A DNA stretch of 64,000 nucleotides from a virus: positions 15,675 to 79,674 of IMG/VR virus record IMGVR_UViG_3300009499_000008, one strand, 5' to 3'. Positions 27,067 to 37,042 of the stretch are shown piece by piece. A program made the translations under genes and the position numbers. Each line of letters opens with the position of its first letter. The first letter of the stretch is position 1. The notes under the pieces were generated by a model, which was not told the origin of the DNA, searched no databases, and saw nothing but the letters and a program-made list of their open reading frames with translations.

Positions 27067-27916
27067 GTGTCGTGAAGAGATTTGTAGCCTCTTTATTAGC
27101 AACGATGTGAGCGAAATTGGATTGACCTCTATTTAATCTTCGGAGCCAGTCTACTCGTTCATACAAAGAAGAATAGTCAAGCCGACCTCCAGCCTCAAAA
27201 ACTTCTCTTAAATAATTAGGTTTGGTTTTAGCTATCACATAGCAACCCGATTTTTTGTGAGGATTGCTTATTCTATTGACACTCCAAGTAGTGCATGTTT
27301 GCAGCAGAGGACCAGCATGTAAACTACCTAATTGTTGTCCAATAGATTTTGAGATCCGTGATAGATATCCCTCGATGTGATTCAGGTTGAATCCAACATG
27401 ATATTTCTTAGGGATTGATTGTAGCCAATATTCTAAGTCCTTCTTTCGATAAAAACTACCATTCTCGTGAAAGATATAATTATAGGGAAAGCCTACTTTC
27501 CAAGGAGCAATCCAATGTCTTTTATGAGGGAGTGCCTTATCAAGAGTCCACAGGTCAGCTCCAATGCACCAACTCCAGACACAGATCTCTGGCTCCTCCT
27601 GTATGATCTTGATAATCTCACTATATGATGCTTTTCTGAAGAACATCATATCATCCACCATAAGAGACACAAATTCATTGCCTTGAATCTGTTCCAAGAT
27701 CAGATTCCATAAACCTCTTCTACTTTGATAGACAGTTTGACATCCCAGTTCTTTATCTATAATTTGATAAGACTTTCGATACCTTTCATCAGGGAGCCTA
27801 CACAAAATTCGAATTTGTTCTGGTTTTAGATCGGTGTTGTCTAAGAGTGACTTCACCAGTCCCCAGAGTTGAAACGGTCTATTCCAGGAAAAGATTATTT
27901 GAACAAATTGTGACAT
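27047..27916 (-). CDS. GT-A-fold glycosyltransferase-like protein
   Basis: IIFSWNRPFQL..L..S, VDD. Confidence 0.65.
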   Translation of the reverse strand: MSQFVQIIFSWNRPFQLWGLVKSLLDNTDLKPEQIRILCRLPDERYRKSYQIIDKELGCQTVYQSRRGLWNLILEQIQGNEFVSLMVDDMMFFRKASYSEIIKIIQEEPEICVWSWCIGADLWTLDKALPHKRHWIAPWKVGFPYNYIFHENGSFYRKKDLEYWLQSIPKKYHVGFNLNHIEGYLSRISKSIGQQLGSLHAGPLLQTCTTWSVNRISNPHKKSGCYVIAKTKPNYLREVFEAGGRLDYSSLYERVDWLRRLNRGQSNFAHIVANKEATNLFTTLIKKQP

Positions 27917-28743
27917 ACTATCCCTGCTTTATCAAGAGCACTTTCTTTCACTCGAAGAGGATGCTTGCTCAAAGCAAACAGCCAACTATCTTTATGATTT
28001 AATATATAATCAACATCTTCTTTGTAAAACAAATCCAGAAAAGGCTTTATTATCGGAAATGCTACTAGCGACAAATTTCTAGCTCTCGAATCTCTAATCC
28101 AAAGAGATTTCCAGCCAAATCGATGATAGTAGCAGGAGTTTGGCATAACTACCATTTTGCAACCAGTAGCCAGTTGGCGAATACCAAACCCCCAAGATTC
28201 AATTGCACCAGCTCCGACAGGATATCCACCAGCCCTCTTCCAAGAGTTCTTGGTAAATAGATAATTGCCACTATTTATAGGCACTCTACCCCCCATTAAG
28301 CAATCAGCTAGAGTAGTTATTCCCAGTTTAAAGACCCATCTTTTCTCAATTTTATTTGTATCCTTTTTAAAGTAGTCTAATCTCTGGAATGCTGCTACAT
28401 CTGCATCAGAATTGAACAAAAATTCTTTTAGCTTGCAAATGCTATTTGATGCTAGGATATTATCTGAATCCAAACTGAACAGTATTGGATTCTTGGCAAC
28501 AGTTATTCCAGTATTTCTGGCTACAGGACATCCTCGATTTTTGATATGCTCAAGGAGTATTATTACTGGATATTTTATTTGTAGAGTCTTTAAAACCTTA
28601 CCTGTATCATCAATTGAGCCATCATTGACGATGATTAATTCATCTCCAGAATCGAAATTACCATCAAAGACTGATTCGACAGTTTCTCGTATCATAGTCG
28701 CACAGTTGTATGCGGGAATGACAAAACTAATATGCTTAATCAT
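27895..28743 (-). CDS. Glycosyltransferase family 2
   Basis: SFVIPAYN, VNDGSID, ARNTG, LDSD. Confidence 0.9.
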   Translation of the reverse strand: MIKHISFVIPAYNCATMIRETVESVFDGNFDSGDELIIVNDGSIDDTGKVLKTLQIKYPVIILLEHIKNRGCPVARNTGITVAKNPILFSLDSDNILASNSICKLKEFLFNSDADVAAFQRLDYFKKDTNKIEKRWVFKLGITTLADCLMGGRVPINSGNYLFTKNSWKRAGGYPVGAGAIESWGFGIRQLATGCKMVVMPNSCYYHRFGWKSLWIRDSRARNLSLVAFPIIKPFLDLFYKEDVDYILNHKDSWLFALSKHPLRVKESALDKAGIVCHNLFK

Positions 28744-29594
28744 TTCAGGACCTCCAACTCTTTAAAAACATATCTGCACCACTTGCCAAACATCAGATCT
28801 TGATACCACATTGTTTTAGCAGATTTTCCCATTTGTAACAGTCGTTTTATTGAATAAGAATTTAGAATATTTTCAGCCCCCTCAATTGACCCTGTGTAAA
28901 AACTTGCTTGATCCCAATCTAAGAATGTCTTAAAGGGACGATTATCTATATCACTGATAAAGAGAGGTACTATTCCTAACTGCATTGCCTCATAGAGTCT
29001 GAAAGAAGTACATCCATATCCCCGTGGACAAAGAGCAATATAAGACTGAAGCATTTGTTTGGCAAAGAAAGCAGAACCTTTATTACCATCTTGTATATCA
29101 ACATCTTTTCTTCTACCTAAAGAATTCTGCATTTCAAATCGAATTGGGTGTGTTCTTAATTTCCCGATAAAAGAAGCCAACCATCTTTTTGCAGGTTTGG
29201 GAGAAGGAGTCTCATGTGAATAACTTACCAAAGGTATATCGATACCCTCTCCCTTGCTGGATGCAAGAAATTGGATAGTTCTACCAAGATCGGCTAAAGT
29301 ACCATCAGCATGTTGACAAACTGTAAAAGTTTTTTCTTCATTGAGAATCACCTTCGATACTTGTTGCTGAAAGAACTCCTGTCTTATCAATCGGTGTTGA
29401 TAGCGAGTCCAATATACGGGAAGATAATGCCAGTCGGCAGTATCGAATTGAGTCGTGATAAGTCTTGGATTCTGCTCAAGATATTTGAGAAAGTCTTGCT
29501 CGATGCCATAATCCTTCTTATTATGCTGTGGATAGACATTCCGCAGGGCTGGGGGCTGGAGTTCGGTGGGTACTGGTAAAATAAATATCCTCAT
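28740..29594 (-). CDS. Exostosin-like glycosyltransferase (GT47)
   Basis: SFIG...HPIR, LCPRGYG..SFRLYEAMQLG.VP. Confidence 0.8.
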   Translation of the reverse strand: MRIFILPVPTELQPPALRNVYPQHNKKDYGIEQDFLKYLEQNPRLITTQFDTADWHYLPVYWTRYQHRLIRQEFFQQQVSKVILNEEKTFTVCQHADGTLADLGRTIQFLASSKGEGIDIPLVSYSHETPSPKPAKRWLASFIGKLRTHPIRFEMQNSLGRRKDVDIQDGNKGSAFFAKQMLQSYIALCPRGYGCTSFRLYEAMQLGIVPLFISDIDNRPFKTFLDWDQASFYTGSIEGAENILNSYSIKRLLQMGKSAKTMWYQDLMFGKWCRYVFKELEVLK

Positions 29595-30295
29595 ATTAGT
29601 TCCATATAACACATCCAGGTATACCAGCGTGCCTCATCAAAGTAAACTTGCAAATAATGGTACTCAACACTTTCATACAGAGGCTTGGGCGTAGGATAGA
29701 TATCCCACTTATGACCCCACCGCGTCTTTTCCATTTTGAATACGGGCGGGAATTCGTAATATACTTTTAAGATATCTCTCAGATAATTAGCATCTTCGTC
29801 TCCTTTTGCGAAAGCCTGCTTGAGGGTGTAACAATCACCTTGACCTGGGGGATAGTTATCCTCAAACATCAATGTTTTGAATCCATTTTCTTGGGCAAAC
29901 TTTACCCTCTCTACTGCATCTTGATGGTCATCAAAGAAACACAGGGTTTCCTCTTTTGATATGTCACTCCAGTCTATGTGGAAAAAATCCTCAATGTGAT
30001 AAATCACTTTTTCAGAAATGTATTCTCTTTGCCACAAATGGGGATCTATAGAGTGTATTTCTGAATCTGGGGACGCTTTTTCAAAGAACCAAGTACCTTG
30101 CCCCTTAAAAACCCCGCTTTCTATGATATACTTTGGTTTTAAAAACTGTGCAGCGAACCACGCGATAAACATATGTGGAGATCTCATTCCCCCAAAGTTA
30201 TTTTTAATGGGTCTATCTTTGCGAAGTTCAGAGAATTCTTTCAGTTTACTCCTCAAGCCATCCCTCGTCCATCGTACTACGCCAATCGTATTCAT
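29591..30295 (-). CDS. SAM-methyltransferase-fold protein of glycan loci
   Basis: IIESGVFKGQGTW, SID, FFDDH. Confidence 0.6.
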   Translation of the reverse strand: MNTIGVVRWTRDGLRSKLKEFSELRKDRPIKNNFGGMRSPHMFIAWFAAQFLKPKYIIESGVFKGQGTWFFEKASPDSEIHSIDPHLWQREYISEKVIYHIEDFFHIDWSDISKEETLCFFDDHQDAVERVKFAQENGFKTLMFEDNYPPGQGDCYTLKQAFAKGDEDANYLRDILKVYYEFPPVFKMEKTRWGHKWDIYPTPKPLYESVEYHYLQVYFDEARWYTWMCYMELI

Positions 30296-31635
30296 TTGAC
30301 TAAGCTCGCTGAGATACTCCCAGATCTCTGCATTCCGTATAAGAGTTCCGCAGCCACCTCCCATCTGAAATTCTGTAGTCTAAGCTTTTGCCCTAGTGTC
30401 AGAGGCAACTCAAGCAAAACGTGGACTATGGCCATCGGGATTTGGTGCTTCACTAAGAAGAACCACCACTTATGGAGGCGATTAATTTGTTTCGCGCTGG
30501 GGATAGCAAGGACAGTATCTTCGTAGAAGTTCATGCACTCAGTGTCTTTATCAATCAGTCCCTTCTGAACACAATCTTTCCACAAGTCTGTTTTGGGAAG
30601 GGGCTGAAAGATGGACACTGAGGAGTCGATCGGGTCAATCATTTGGTTGTATCTTAGTGTCTCCAACGCATCTATGAGCGGATTAGAAACGGGAAGCCCA
30701 ATCATGTTTTGTAGCCTTACCTTGATTCCTAACGTCTTACAGGCTTCGCAGGCTTCCTCCACCTGCCGATTCGTGATATTGCCCCTACGAAGAAACTTCT
30801 GTGTCTCAGGACTAGCCGATTCGAGGGCAATGTTGAGGAACGAACAGCCTGCACCAGCCATGATTCTAAGAATCCCATAATCAACATTGTTGGCTCGGAT
30901 CGAACCGCAAAAAGATAGACCAACCTCTTTCTTATACTTCTCGCAAAACTCAAACAACCAAGCATGATTCCCTGCCAAATCATCGTCATTGAAATAGACC
31001 AGTTCCAAACCGTAGGCTTTTCTAACGGCCTTAATTTCCTCAATCATCTTGTCGGGTGAAACTCTTTGATAGAACTTATGCCTCTCGCTTCGATAAAGCT
31101 GATGAAAGAGATGATTGAAACAGTACTTGCAGCTGTAAGGGCAATCTCTACCTGCAATGAATCGTTTCATTCTGGCTTCGCCGAATTCTTTGTACTTATA
31201 GAGAATAGACCTATCGGGAGCGGGTATAGCGTTGACATCCTCTGGAATATGCCCTCTCACAAGTTTCTCTTGTGTCTCGCCCTCCACAATGCCAAGAATA
31301 ACACCCTCGCCTGGGCCTTGCACAACGAAATCAATGTCTGGATCAGAGAGACCTTGTTCGGGAAAGAAAGTAAAGTGCGGCCCTCCCATCACGGCGATAA
31401 ATCTGTGTCTCTTCTTAAGTTCTTTGTTCTTTTCAATAAACCAAAGATGCTCTCCTGTCGTTACTGAATACATGACAAAATCGACATGACTCCGCTGGAG
31501 GTAAAGATCAGCACTATCGACGTCATCCTGCACCATGTCAACAGTATGTCCTGCATCTTTCAGAATTCGTGCTAGATACAACATTCCTAGCTTGTCTGTT
31601 CTAAGTTTCTTTTCAATAAACAGTATAGAACTCAT
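30292..31635 (-). CDS. B12-binding radical SAM enzyme
   Basis: GGPH.T, V.GPGE, CPYSCKYC, F.DD. Confidence 0.88.
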   Translation of the reverse strand: MSSILFIEKKLRTDKLGMLYLARILKDAGHTVDMVQDDVDSADLYLQRSHVDFVMYSVTTGEHLWFIEKNKELKKRHRFIAVMGGPHFTFFPEQGLSDPDIDFVVQGPGEGVILGIVEGETQEKLVRGHIPEDVNAIPAPDRSILYKYKEFGEARMKRFIAGRDCPYSCKYCFNHLFHQLYRSERHKFYQRVSPDKMIEEIKAVRKAYGLELVYFNDDDLAGNHAWLFEFCEKYKKEVGLSFCGSIRANNVDYGILRIMAGAGCSFLNIALESASPETQKFLRRGNITNRQVEEACEACKTLGIKVRLQNMIGLPVSNPLIDALETLRYNQMIDPIDSSVSIFQPLPKTDLWKDCVQKGLIDKDTECMNFYEDTVLAIPSAKQINRLHKWWFFLVKHQIPMAIVHVLLELPLTLGQKLRLQNFRWEVAAELLYGMQRSGSISASLVK

Positions 31636-32654
31636 AATATCCCCCTAACATCGCCACACCACGCCTTCCCCAACTCACAGACGATAGAGGGCAGATACTC
31701 TTTGCCATTGAGATGCTCATATAAGCGTTCAAGTTTGTCTAATACCGTGCCCTCACCCAAATTAGCAGTTAGTAAGTCTTCGCAGAATTTAGTAGTATAT
31801 CTCATACCAAAGATCTCATCTTGAAGGTTCTGCCACAGATCGTGAGGATTGCGTTGCTGCCATACGAAGGGTGGTCCATAATACACAGAGTAATCAAATG
31901 TCCGCATAATTCTCTGGGCAACATATGATCCCCAAATATCGTCGTAGCGGCCAACTCCCGTCCACACCATGAATAGGGGTGCCACCTCAGCTACATAGGC
32001 GGTGTTCTGTGAGTTCGTTGGTGCAAACACGCTGGGATCAACGCACAAACCTCGCTGGGCTATCTCCGTGATCTGGTGCACTTCAGGACGGTTCGTAATC
32101 CGCTCCATTGCATCAATATCGGGGTCTCCAAGCCACAATCCAGCCGCTACGCCAATCTTAGTTGTTTGGACGTGATGCATAATATAGGTATGCTCCACGG
32201 GTCTTTTATCATACGGGAAGCCACGATGGTAGATAGGCGGAATCATATACTCACCAATGTTGAACCACCCATTATCACTATTGACCTGTAAACCATTGAA
32301 CGGCTGCGTCAGCACCCTAATAAAAGTAGCGAAGTAGCTACGGTCCAATGGAATATTGTCATCGTCGATAGTGATAATGATATCAGCTCCATACTTGATA
32401 GCCTCAAGGAGTGCAATATTCCGACGCATGATTCGATTCCACCCGATTAGCTTACTACTTCGATAGCCTAGTTTCTCTTGGTCCACGTCGCTATAGTAGA
32501 TTGCGTTGCCCAACGTCGATACCAAAGCTTGTACCTCATCGTGAGGTGTTCTGCGATCACCCGTGACGAAGAACATAACATCCTTGTCCAGCTCTCGGTA
32601 GAGCTCCAGGATCCTTGGTACGTAGATAGTCGTCGTGATAAGTGCGAGCTTCAT
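31632..32654 (-). CDS. RGP/STELLO-like (GT75-related) protein
   Basis: ITTTI, RN, IDDDN, RGFP, DPDIDA, NSQNT, RYDDIW. Confidence 0.7.
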   Translation of the reverse strand: MKLALITTTIYVPRILELYRELDKDVMFFVTGDRRTPHDEVQALVSTLGNAIYYSDVDQEKLGYRSSKLIGWNRIMRRNIALLEAIKYGADIIITIDDDNIPLDRSYFATFIRVLTQPFNGLQVNSDNGWFNIGEYMIPPIYHRGFPYDKRPVEHTYIMHHVQTTKIGVAAGLWLGDPDIDAMERITNRPEVHQITEIAQRGLCVDPSVFAPTNSQNTAYVAEVAPLFMVWTGVGRYDDIWGSYVAQRIMRTFDYSVYYGPPFVWQQRNPHDLWQNLQDEIFGMRYTTKFCEDLLTANLGEGTVLDKLERLYEHLNGKEYLPSIVCELGKAWCGDVRGIL

Positions 32655-33442
32655 GCGACATCCTCCAAATGGTATTTCTCAAAGTTTTGTGGTCCCCCAT
32701 TTCTCACTATATTCCCCGCAGCTTCCCCCTGTGAGGACATCTTTCGGTTCCTTCGATGCGTCTCAGATTTGGTCTGCTGATGAGAGTGAAACTGATGTAA
32801 CAGTTTGAACTGCTTTCCCCAGAACTTCTGATAACCTAGAAGATTGAGTCGCATCATCATATCGTTATCTTGCCAACCCCACCCGCTCATTCTTTCATCA
32901 AATCCACCTATTGCTACTATCGGCTCCTTCTTTATCATTAGGAAGTCCCCATAGGAAGAAAGGTTATGCCACTGTCCAAAGCCTCGATCAATCAGAAACT
33001 TGGAAGGAGCACTCTGGAAAATCGTCTCCTCGCTAGAAAGCTCAAAACTCGTAAGCCAATCCTGCCCTAACGAAGTAAGATCAAAACGACGCCAATAGAT
33101 TTGTAGCTTCTGGGGCTGTTTCTTCTCAACGATAGTATGAATGATACTCAACAAGTCTGGAGCTACGATATTATCGCAGCTCATAAGTATCAGGTTCTTT
33201 GCCCTCGCATTGGCAATTCCAGCATTGAATGATACGCAGTTAATGAAAGCATCACTCTCTGGGTTAAGACGAACAATCCTGATTCGGTAATCATCAGGAA
33301 CCGCGATTCGAGGCTCGGATCCATAGTCTACAACGATGATTTCAAAGCTAGGATAGTCCTGCCATAATACGCTTTTCAGACATCTGCCGAAAGCATCCTG
33401 TCTGTCCCTGACTGCAATAATAAAGCTATAGTCAGGTTTCAT
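32651..33442 (-). CDS. Glycosyltransferase family 2 with GT7-like C-terminus
   Basis: VVDYGS, GGFDE...GWG.QD.D. Confidence 0.85.
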   Translation of the reverse strand: MKPDYSFIIAVRDRQDAFGRCLKSVLWQDYPSFEIIVVDYGSEPRIAVPDDYRIRIVRLNPESDAFINCVSFNAGIANARAKNLILMSCDNIVAPDLLSIIHTIVEKKQPQKLQIYWRRFDLTSLGQDWLTSFELSSEETIFQSAPSKFLIDRGFGQWHNLSSYGDFLMIKKEPIVAIGGFDERMSGWGWQDNDMMMRLNLLGYQKFWGKQFKLLHQFHSHQQTKSETHRRNRKMSSQGEAAGNIVRNGGPQNFEKYHLEDVA

Positions 33443-33446
33443 TGTG

Positions 33447-34160
33447 TTAAGTCTTCTTAATTAGGTCAACACACCAAACACAGAACTGAGTGCCTTGTAG
33501 TTTGACTACCATTTCTTCCGTGCCGAACCCTGGGAAGAGGAAGATCTCCTCTACAATAGAGAACTTTGGCAGCTCGGCTAGAATTTGATGCTTAGTAAAA
33601 ATCCTATGAGCGTTAAAACGAAGCATAAATGTATGACTTATGTTTGTGCCCAATAGGAAGTGCCCCCCCGGTCGAAGCACACGAGAGATTTCCTTGAGAG
33701 CCTTGACACTGCCAAGTGGGTCTAGTTTGTCGCCGTACCGTCCCAACCCGATATGTTCTAGCACGCACAGGTTACTTAGGAGATCTACGGAATTGTCGGC
33801 AAGCGGAAGATTGATAATTGAAGCCTTCCTGCAATCCAGATTTGGTAGAGAGACATTAATAGGTCTTACATCAAAACTAGTAGTCGGACACAGCATAGAG
33901 AAGATTCCCACAAGGAGTGCCGCCGAACCTATATCAACCATGCTTTTTGGTCGGATCTCAAGAACCCTCTTGAAGGCCCATGTATCTTGGCGGAAATAGT
34001 ATCCATCCACACGAGTCGTAGAAGTTTTTTCACCAAGACGTGGATATGGAATTCCCCCCTTTTCCGCTCCTGGAAGTTTCATATAGGCTACATAATCTCT
34101 ATGGTACTCTTCCATCATTTCTTTCTTATTCACAATTGTAATCTCCTGATGATCTGACAA
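33447..34160 (-). CDS. SAM-dependent methyltransferase (DUF268-like)
   Basis: VDIGS, EHIGLGRYGD.LDP.G, RVLRPGG, FNAHR. Confidence 0.8.
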   Translation of the reverse strand: MSDHQEITIVNKKEMMEEYHRDYVAYMKLPGAEKGGIPYPRLGEKTSTTRVDGYYFRQDTWAFKRVLEIRPKSMVDIGSAALLVGIFSMLCPTTSFDVRPINVSLPNLDCRKASIINLPLADNSVDLLSNLCVLEHIGLGRYGDKLDPLGSVKALKEISRVLRPGGHFLLGTNISHTFMLRFNAHRIFTKHQILAELPKFSIVEEIFLFPGFGTEEMVVKLQGTQFCVWCVDLIKKT

Positions 34161-35251
34161 ACTCTGTTGATTTCATCTGTGTCTATGGAAGTACCAGTAG
34201 GCAGACAGAGTGTTCGCTGAACTAAGCGTTCAGTCTTGGGCAGTGATAAGCCATCATAGAAAGAGCGATATGGTTCCATACGATGACAGCCCGGATAAAA
34301 ATAACGTCGAGCAAGCACACTCTTGGCATGCAATGCTTCAAGTAAACGGTCACGATTATCTACTTCTAAGACGATATATTGATAGTTGCATCTTTCAGTT
34401 TCGTCATAGGTGATGAGATGAATCCCAGACACATCACCTAGTTCTTGTTGGTATCTCTTATAGTTACGATAGTTGACGGCAACGAATTCATCAAAGCTTT
34501 CCAATCCTGTTAGTCCCATCGCTGCCGATACCTCACTCATTTTACCATTGATGCCAAGACTGATAACATCATCATAGCCTGCAAAACCAAAGTTTTTCAT
34601 CAGACGAGCTTTGGCGGCTAGTTCATCATCGTTAGTAACTATTGCCCCCCCTTCGAAAGTATTGAGAATCTTTGTAGCATGAAAACTAAATACTTCAGCA
34701 TCGCCAAAGCCGCCGATCATTCGCCCCTTGTGTGAACATCCAAAGGCATGAGCGGCATCAAACAAAAGTTTCAAATCCTGCTGCTGTGCGATCTTAGTTA
34801 GTGCCTCTGTGTCACAGGGTCGTCCCCATATATGGACGCCGATAACGCCTGTAGTGCGTAGTGTAATCAGTTGCCTCATATGATTTGGATCGATGTTATG
34901 TGTATGTGGATCAATGTCACAGAAGACTGGCGTTATTCCCAGCCACTGCAAGGCGTGAGCTGTGGCGATAAAGGTAAATGATGATATGATGACTTCGCCA
35001 GTTAGTCCTAACGCTCGAATGGCGATTTCCAGTGCAGTAGTACCATTACAAGTGGCAATACAATGCTTAACTCCCACAAAGTCAGCAATCCGTTTTTCGA
35101 ATTCTTGTATATAGCGACCATTATTTGTAAGCCAGCGCCTATCTAGAAGATCGTTGATACGCGCCAGTAGGCGTTCCCGATTGCCAATGTTCGGGCGACC
35201 AACATGGAGCCTCTCTTGAAACGCAGGGAGATCCCGTATGTGTGCCTTCAT
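34130..35251 (-). CDS. DegT/DnrJ NDP-sugar aminotransferase (VioA/DesI-like)
   Basis: NGT.AL, FDAAHAFG, SFHATK PLP lysine, EGG. Confidence 0.92.
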   Translation of the reverse strand: MKAHIRDLPAFQERLHVGRPNIGNRERLLARINDLLDRRWLTNNGRYIQEFEKRIADFVGVKHCIATCNGTTALEIAIRALGLTGEVIISSFTFIATAHALQWLGITPVFCDIDPHTHNIDPNHMRQLITLRTTGVIGVHIWGRPCDTEALTKIAQQQDLKLLFDAAHAFGCSHKGRMIGGFGDAEVFSFHATKILNTFEGGAIVTNDDELAAKARLMKNFGFAGYDDVISLGINGKMSEVSAAMGLTGLESFDEFVAVNYRNYKRYQQELGDVSGIHLITYDETERCNYQYIVLEVDNRDRLLEALHAKSVLARRYFYPGCHRMEPYRSFYDGLSLPKTERLVQRTLCLPTGTSIDTDEINRVCQIIRRLQL

Positions 35252-35868
35252 CCACGTAGCTCCTGCTGCTCCCTCTTGAATGCAGGGATATAGTTTCCAT
35301 CCGTGTCATAGAATTCGTTACGCAATTGGGTCTCAAGTTCCAGAATATGCTCCTTGGGGCGAGACTTGATCGCTTTTGCGGGCGACCCAACGTAGACCGT
35401 CCACGGCGCGCAATCTTTCTTCACGAGCGAATTTGCTCCGACGACTGCTCCTTCTCCTATTATCACGCCAGGCAGAATAACTGCTTCTGCTCCAACAATC
35501 GCGTGCTTCTTGATATAGACGACGGAGCGAATCGGCACACGATAGGGGAACGGAATTGCTGAACCTGTTAGACACCCGCCAGAATAGTCCTCGTTGCCTG
35601 TGAAAATCCTCACACCACTTGACAGAGTAGTGAAATCGTCCATTACAAATTCGCCACCGCCAGTGATGGATGTAAAAGAGGCGATATGCACAAAGCTACC
35701 AATGACAGTCCTTTTGCCACCCATGATGAAGACGAAATCATCTATGATGACTGAATCACCGATGGTAATGACTTCTGGCGACACTATTTTTGCCAACGGC
35801 CAGATGATTATATCCTGCCCTACGCTGGCAAACCCTAAAGCATACGCCTGATTCGTCACATTCATCAA
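35248..35868 (-). CDS. Hexapeptide-repeat sugar acyltransferase
   Basis: Left-handed beta-helix repeats; ILPGV.IGEGAVVGANS, GSPAK. Confidence 0.9.
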   Translation of the reverse strand: MMNVTNQAYALGFASVGQDIIIWPLAKIVSPEVITIGDSVIIDDFVFIMGGKRTVIGSFVHIASFTSITGGGEFVMDDFTTLSSGVRIFTGNEDYSGGCLTGSAIPFPYRVPIRSVVYIKKHAIVGAEAVILPGVIIGEGAVVGANSLVKKDCAPWTVYVGSPAKAIKSRPKEHILELETQLRNEFYDTDGNYIPAFKREQQELRG

Positions 35869-35889
35869 CCTCTTTAGGCGACCATATGC

Positions 35890-35928
35890 CTATCCTGGAT
35901 AACCATGTACTCCATAGAAGAAGCTCAA
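35890..35928 (-). pseudogene. Orphan 3' end of a homolog of the upstream gene
   Basis: LSFFYGVHGYPG* versus MDFFIGIHEYEG*. Confidence 0.55.
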
Positions 35929-35929
35929 A

Positions 35930-36502
35930 TCAGCCTTCATATTCATGGATTCCTATAAAGAAATCCATAGTGGATGTGTCTTGGCCAACCACCCAAATGC
36001 GAACCCAAGCCTTGGTTCCAATAACGACATTTCTAGTCTGTATCATAAGTATTGTTTCTTGTCCCTGAACACTCAATGGCTTGAAGACAAATTCGCTGTA
36101 TGTTCCAGCCGTCAACGCATCAGCACCGCTAGCTCCTAGAGCGAACTGGACGAGGTGAGTTGCGTTTGCACTCTCTAGAGCAACGACCATAATCCGGTGA
36201 GGATCGTAAGTTGCCTTTCCTACATCTGCCGGAGTATCATCAGATCCGAGAACTTGAAGCCAGCTACCCCAGGCAAGGTTTCCGGCATCGGCCTGAAAAG
36301 CGCTGACTGTGGTTCCGATCCTGTCTGCTACGTGTGTCTCGCCAACCGGAACTCCGGCAGCCCCGAACCAACGCTCATATGAATGCAAGTGGCGCTCGGC
36401 CTCTTCCGCTAAATAACCTATGCTCCCTGGCGTCCCAAGCAATCCATCAGCAGCCTCAGAGTCTATTTTAGGAATATCTTCAGTACCTCTCCAAAAAACC
36501 AT
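35930..36502 (-). CDS. Hypothetical beta-rich (virion-like) protein
   Basis: AGGAGG SD; late operon. Confidence 0.7.
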   Translation of the reverse strand: MVFWRGTEDIPKIDSEAADGLLGTPGSIGYLAEEAERHLHSYERWFGAAGVPVGETHVADRIGTTVSAFQADAGNLAWGSWLQVLGSDDTPADVGKATYDPHRIMVVALESANATHLVQFALGASGADALTAGTYSEFVFKPLSVQGQETILMIQTRNVVIGTKAWVRIWVVGQDTSTMDFFIGIHEYEG

Positions 36503-36511
36503 GATATCCTC

Positions 36512-37042
36512 CTAAACTAGCAGTGTCGCTGATACGCTGTATTCGATAGCATCAGCGTCAGCGTGTTGCATGATTAATCGCCAAACAAGCCCCAACCTGA
36601 GATTCACTGCCTCAGTGTAGTTGCCTCCAAAGCCGATTCCTCCAATATCGAAGAGATAAGTATACGAACCAGCCGCTGTGATAGCCGCTGCTGCCGACCA
36701 AACGGAGAAATATACTCCACTGATACTATCTCTTATTTGTAACACTGGAGTAATCGACGGTGTATCTGTTACGGCATATACTCGCACGAATAGAATCAAG
36801 CCTCTTCCATAGGAATTGAGTTGATCTCCACTATTAGCCTCAGTAATGCGAATCTCTCGCGGTAGTAACGTTAGATCGGCATTACCTCCACCAGGCAAGA
36901 TACTTCCTGGGTTGGCTGGAGTGAATAATTCCTGCTCATTAGAATCCACAGGGATTGAAGCACGCAGTTTCGCACCCTTTCCCTCAGCGAAATCAACGAT
37001 CCATTCAACTATCCCATCAGGCCCAAAGATTTTTCTAGCCAT
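36512..37042 (-). CDS. Hypothetical beta-sandwich (virion-like) protein
   Basis: ORF, beta-strand pattern. Confidence 0.65.
   Translation of the reverse strand: MARKIFGPDGIVEWIVDFAEGKGAKLRASIPVDSNEQELFTPANPGSILPGGGNADLTLLPREIRITEANSGDQLNSYGRGLILFVRVYAVTDTPSITPVLQIRDSISGVYFSVWSAAAAITAAGSYTYLFDIGGIGFGGNYTEAVNLRLGLVWRLIMQHADADAIEYSVSATLLV

Noticed and set aside
27040-27070. Bidirectional terminator at arm convergence
   Set aside because: The terminal ORFs overlap by 20 bp and no hairpin is evident.
35890-35968. DGR template/variable repeat pair
   Set aside because: Differences are not adenine-specific and there is no reverse transcriptase in the window.
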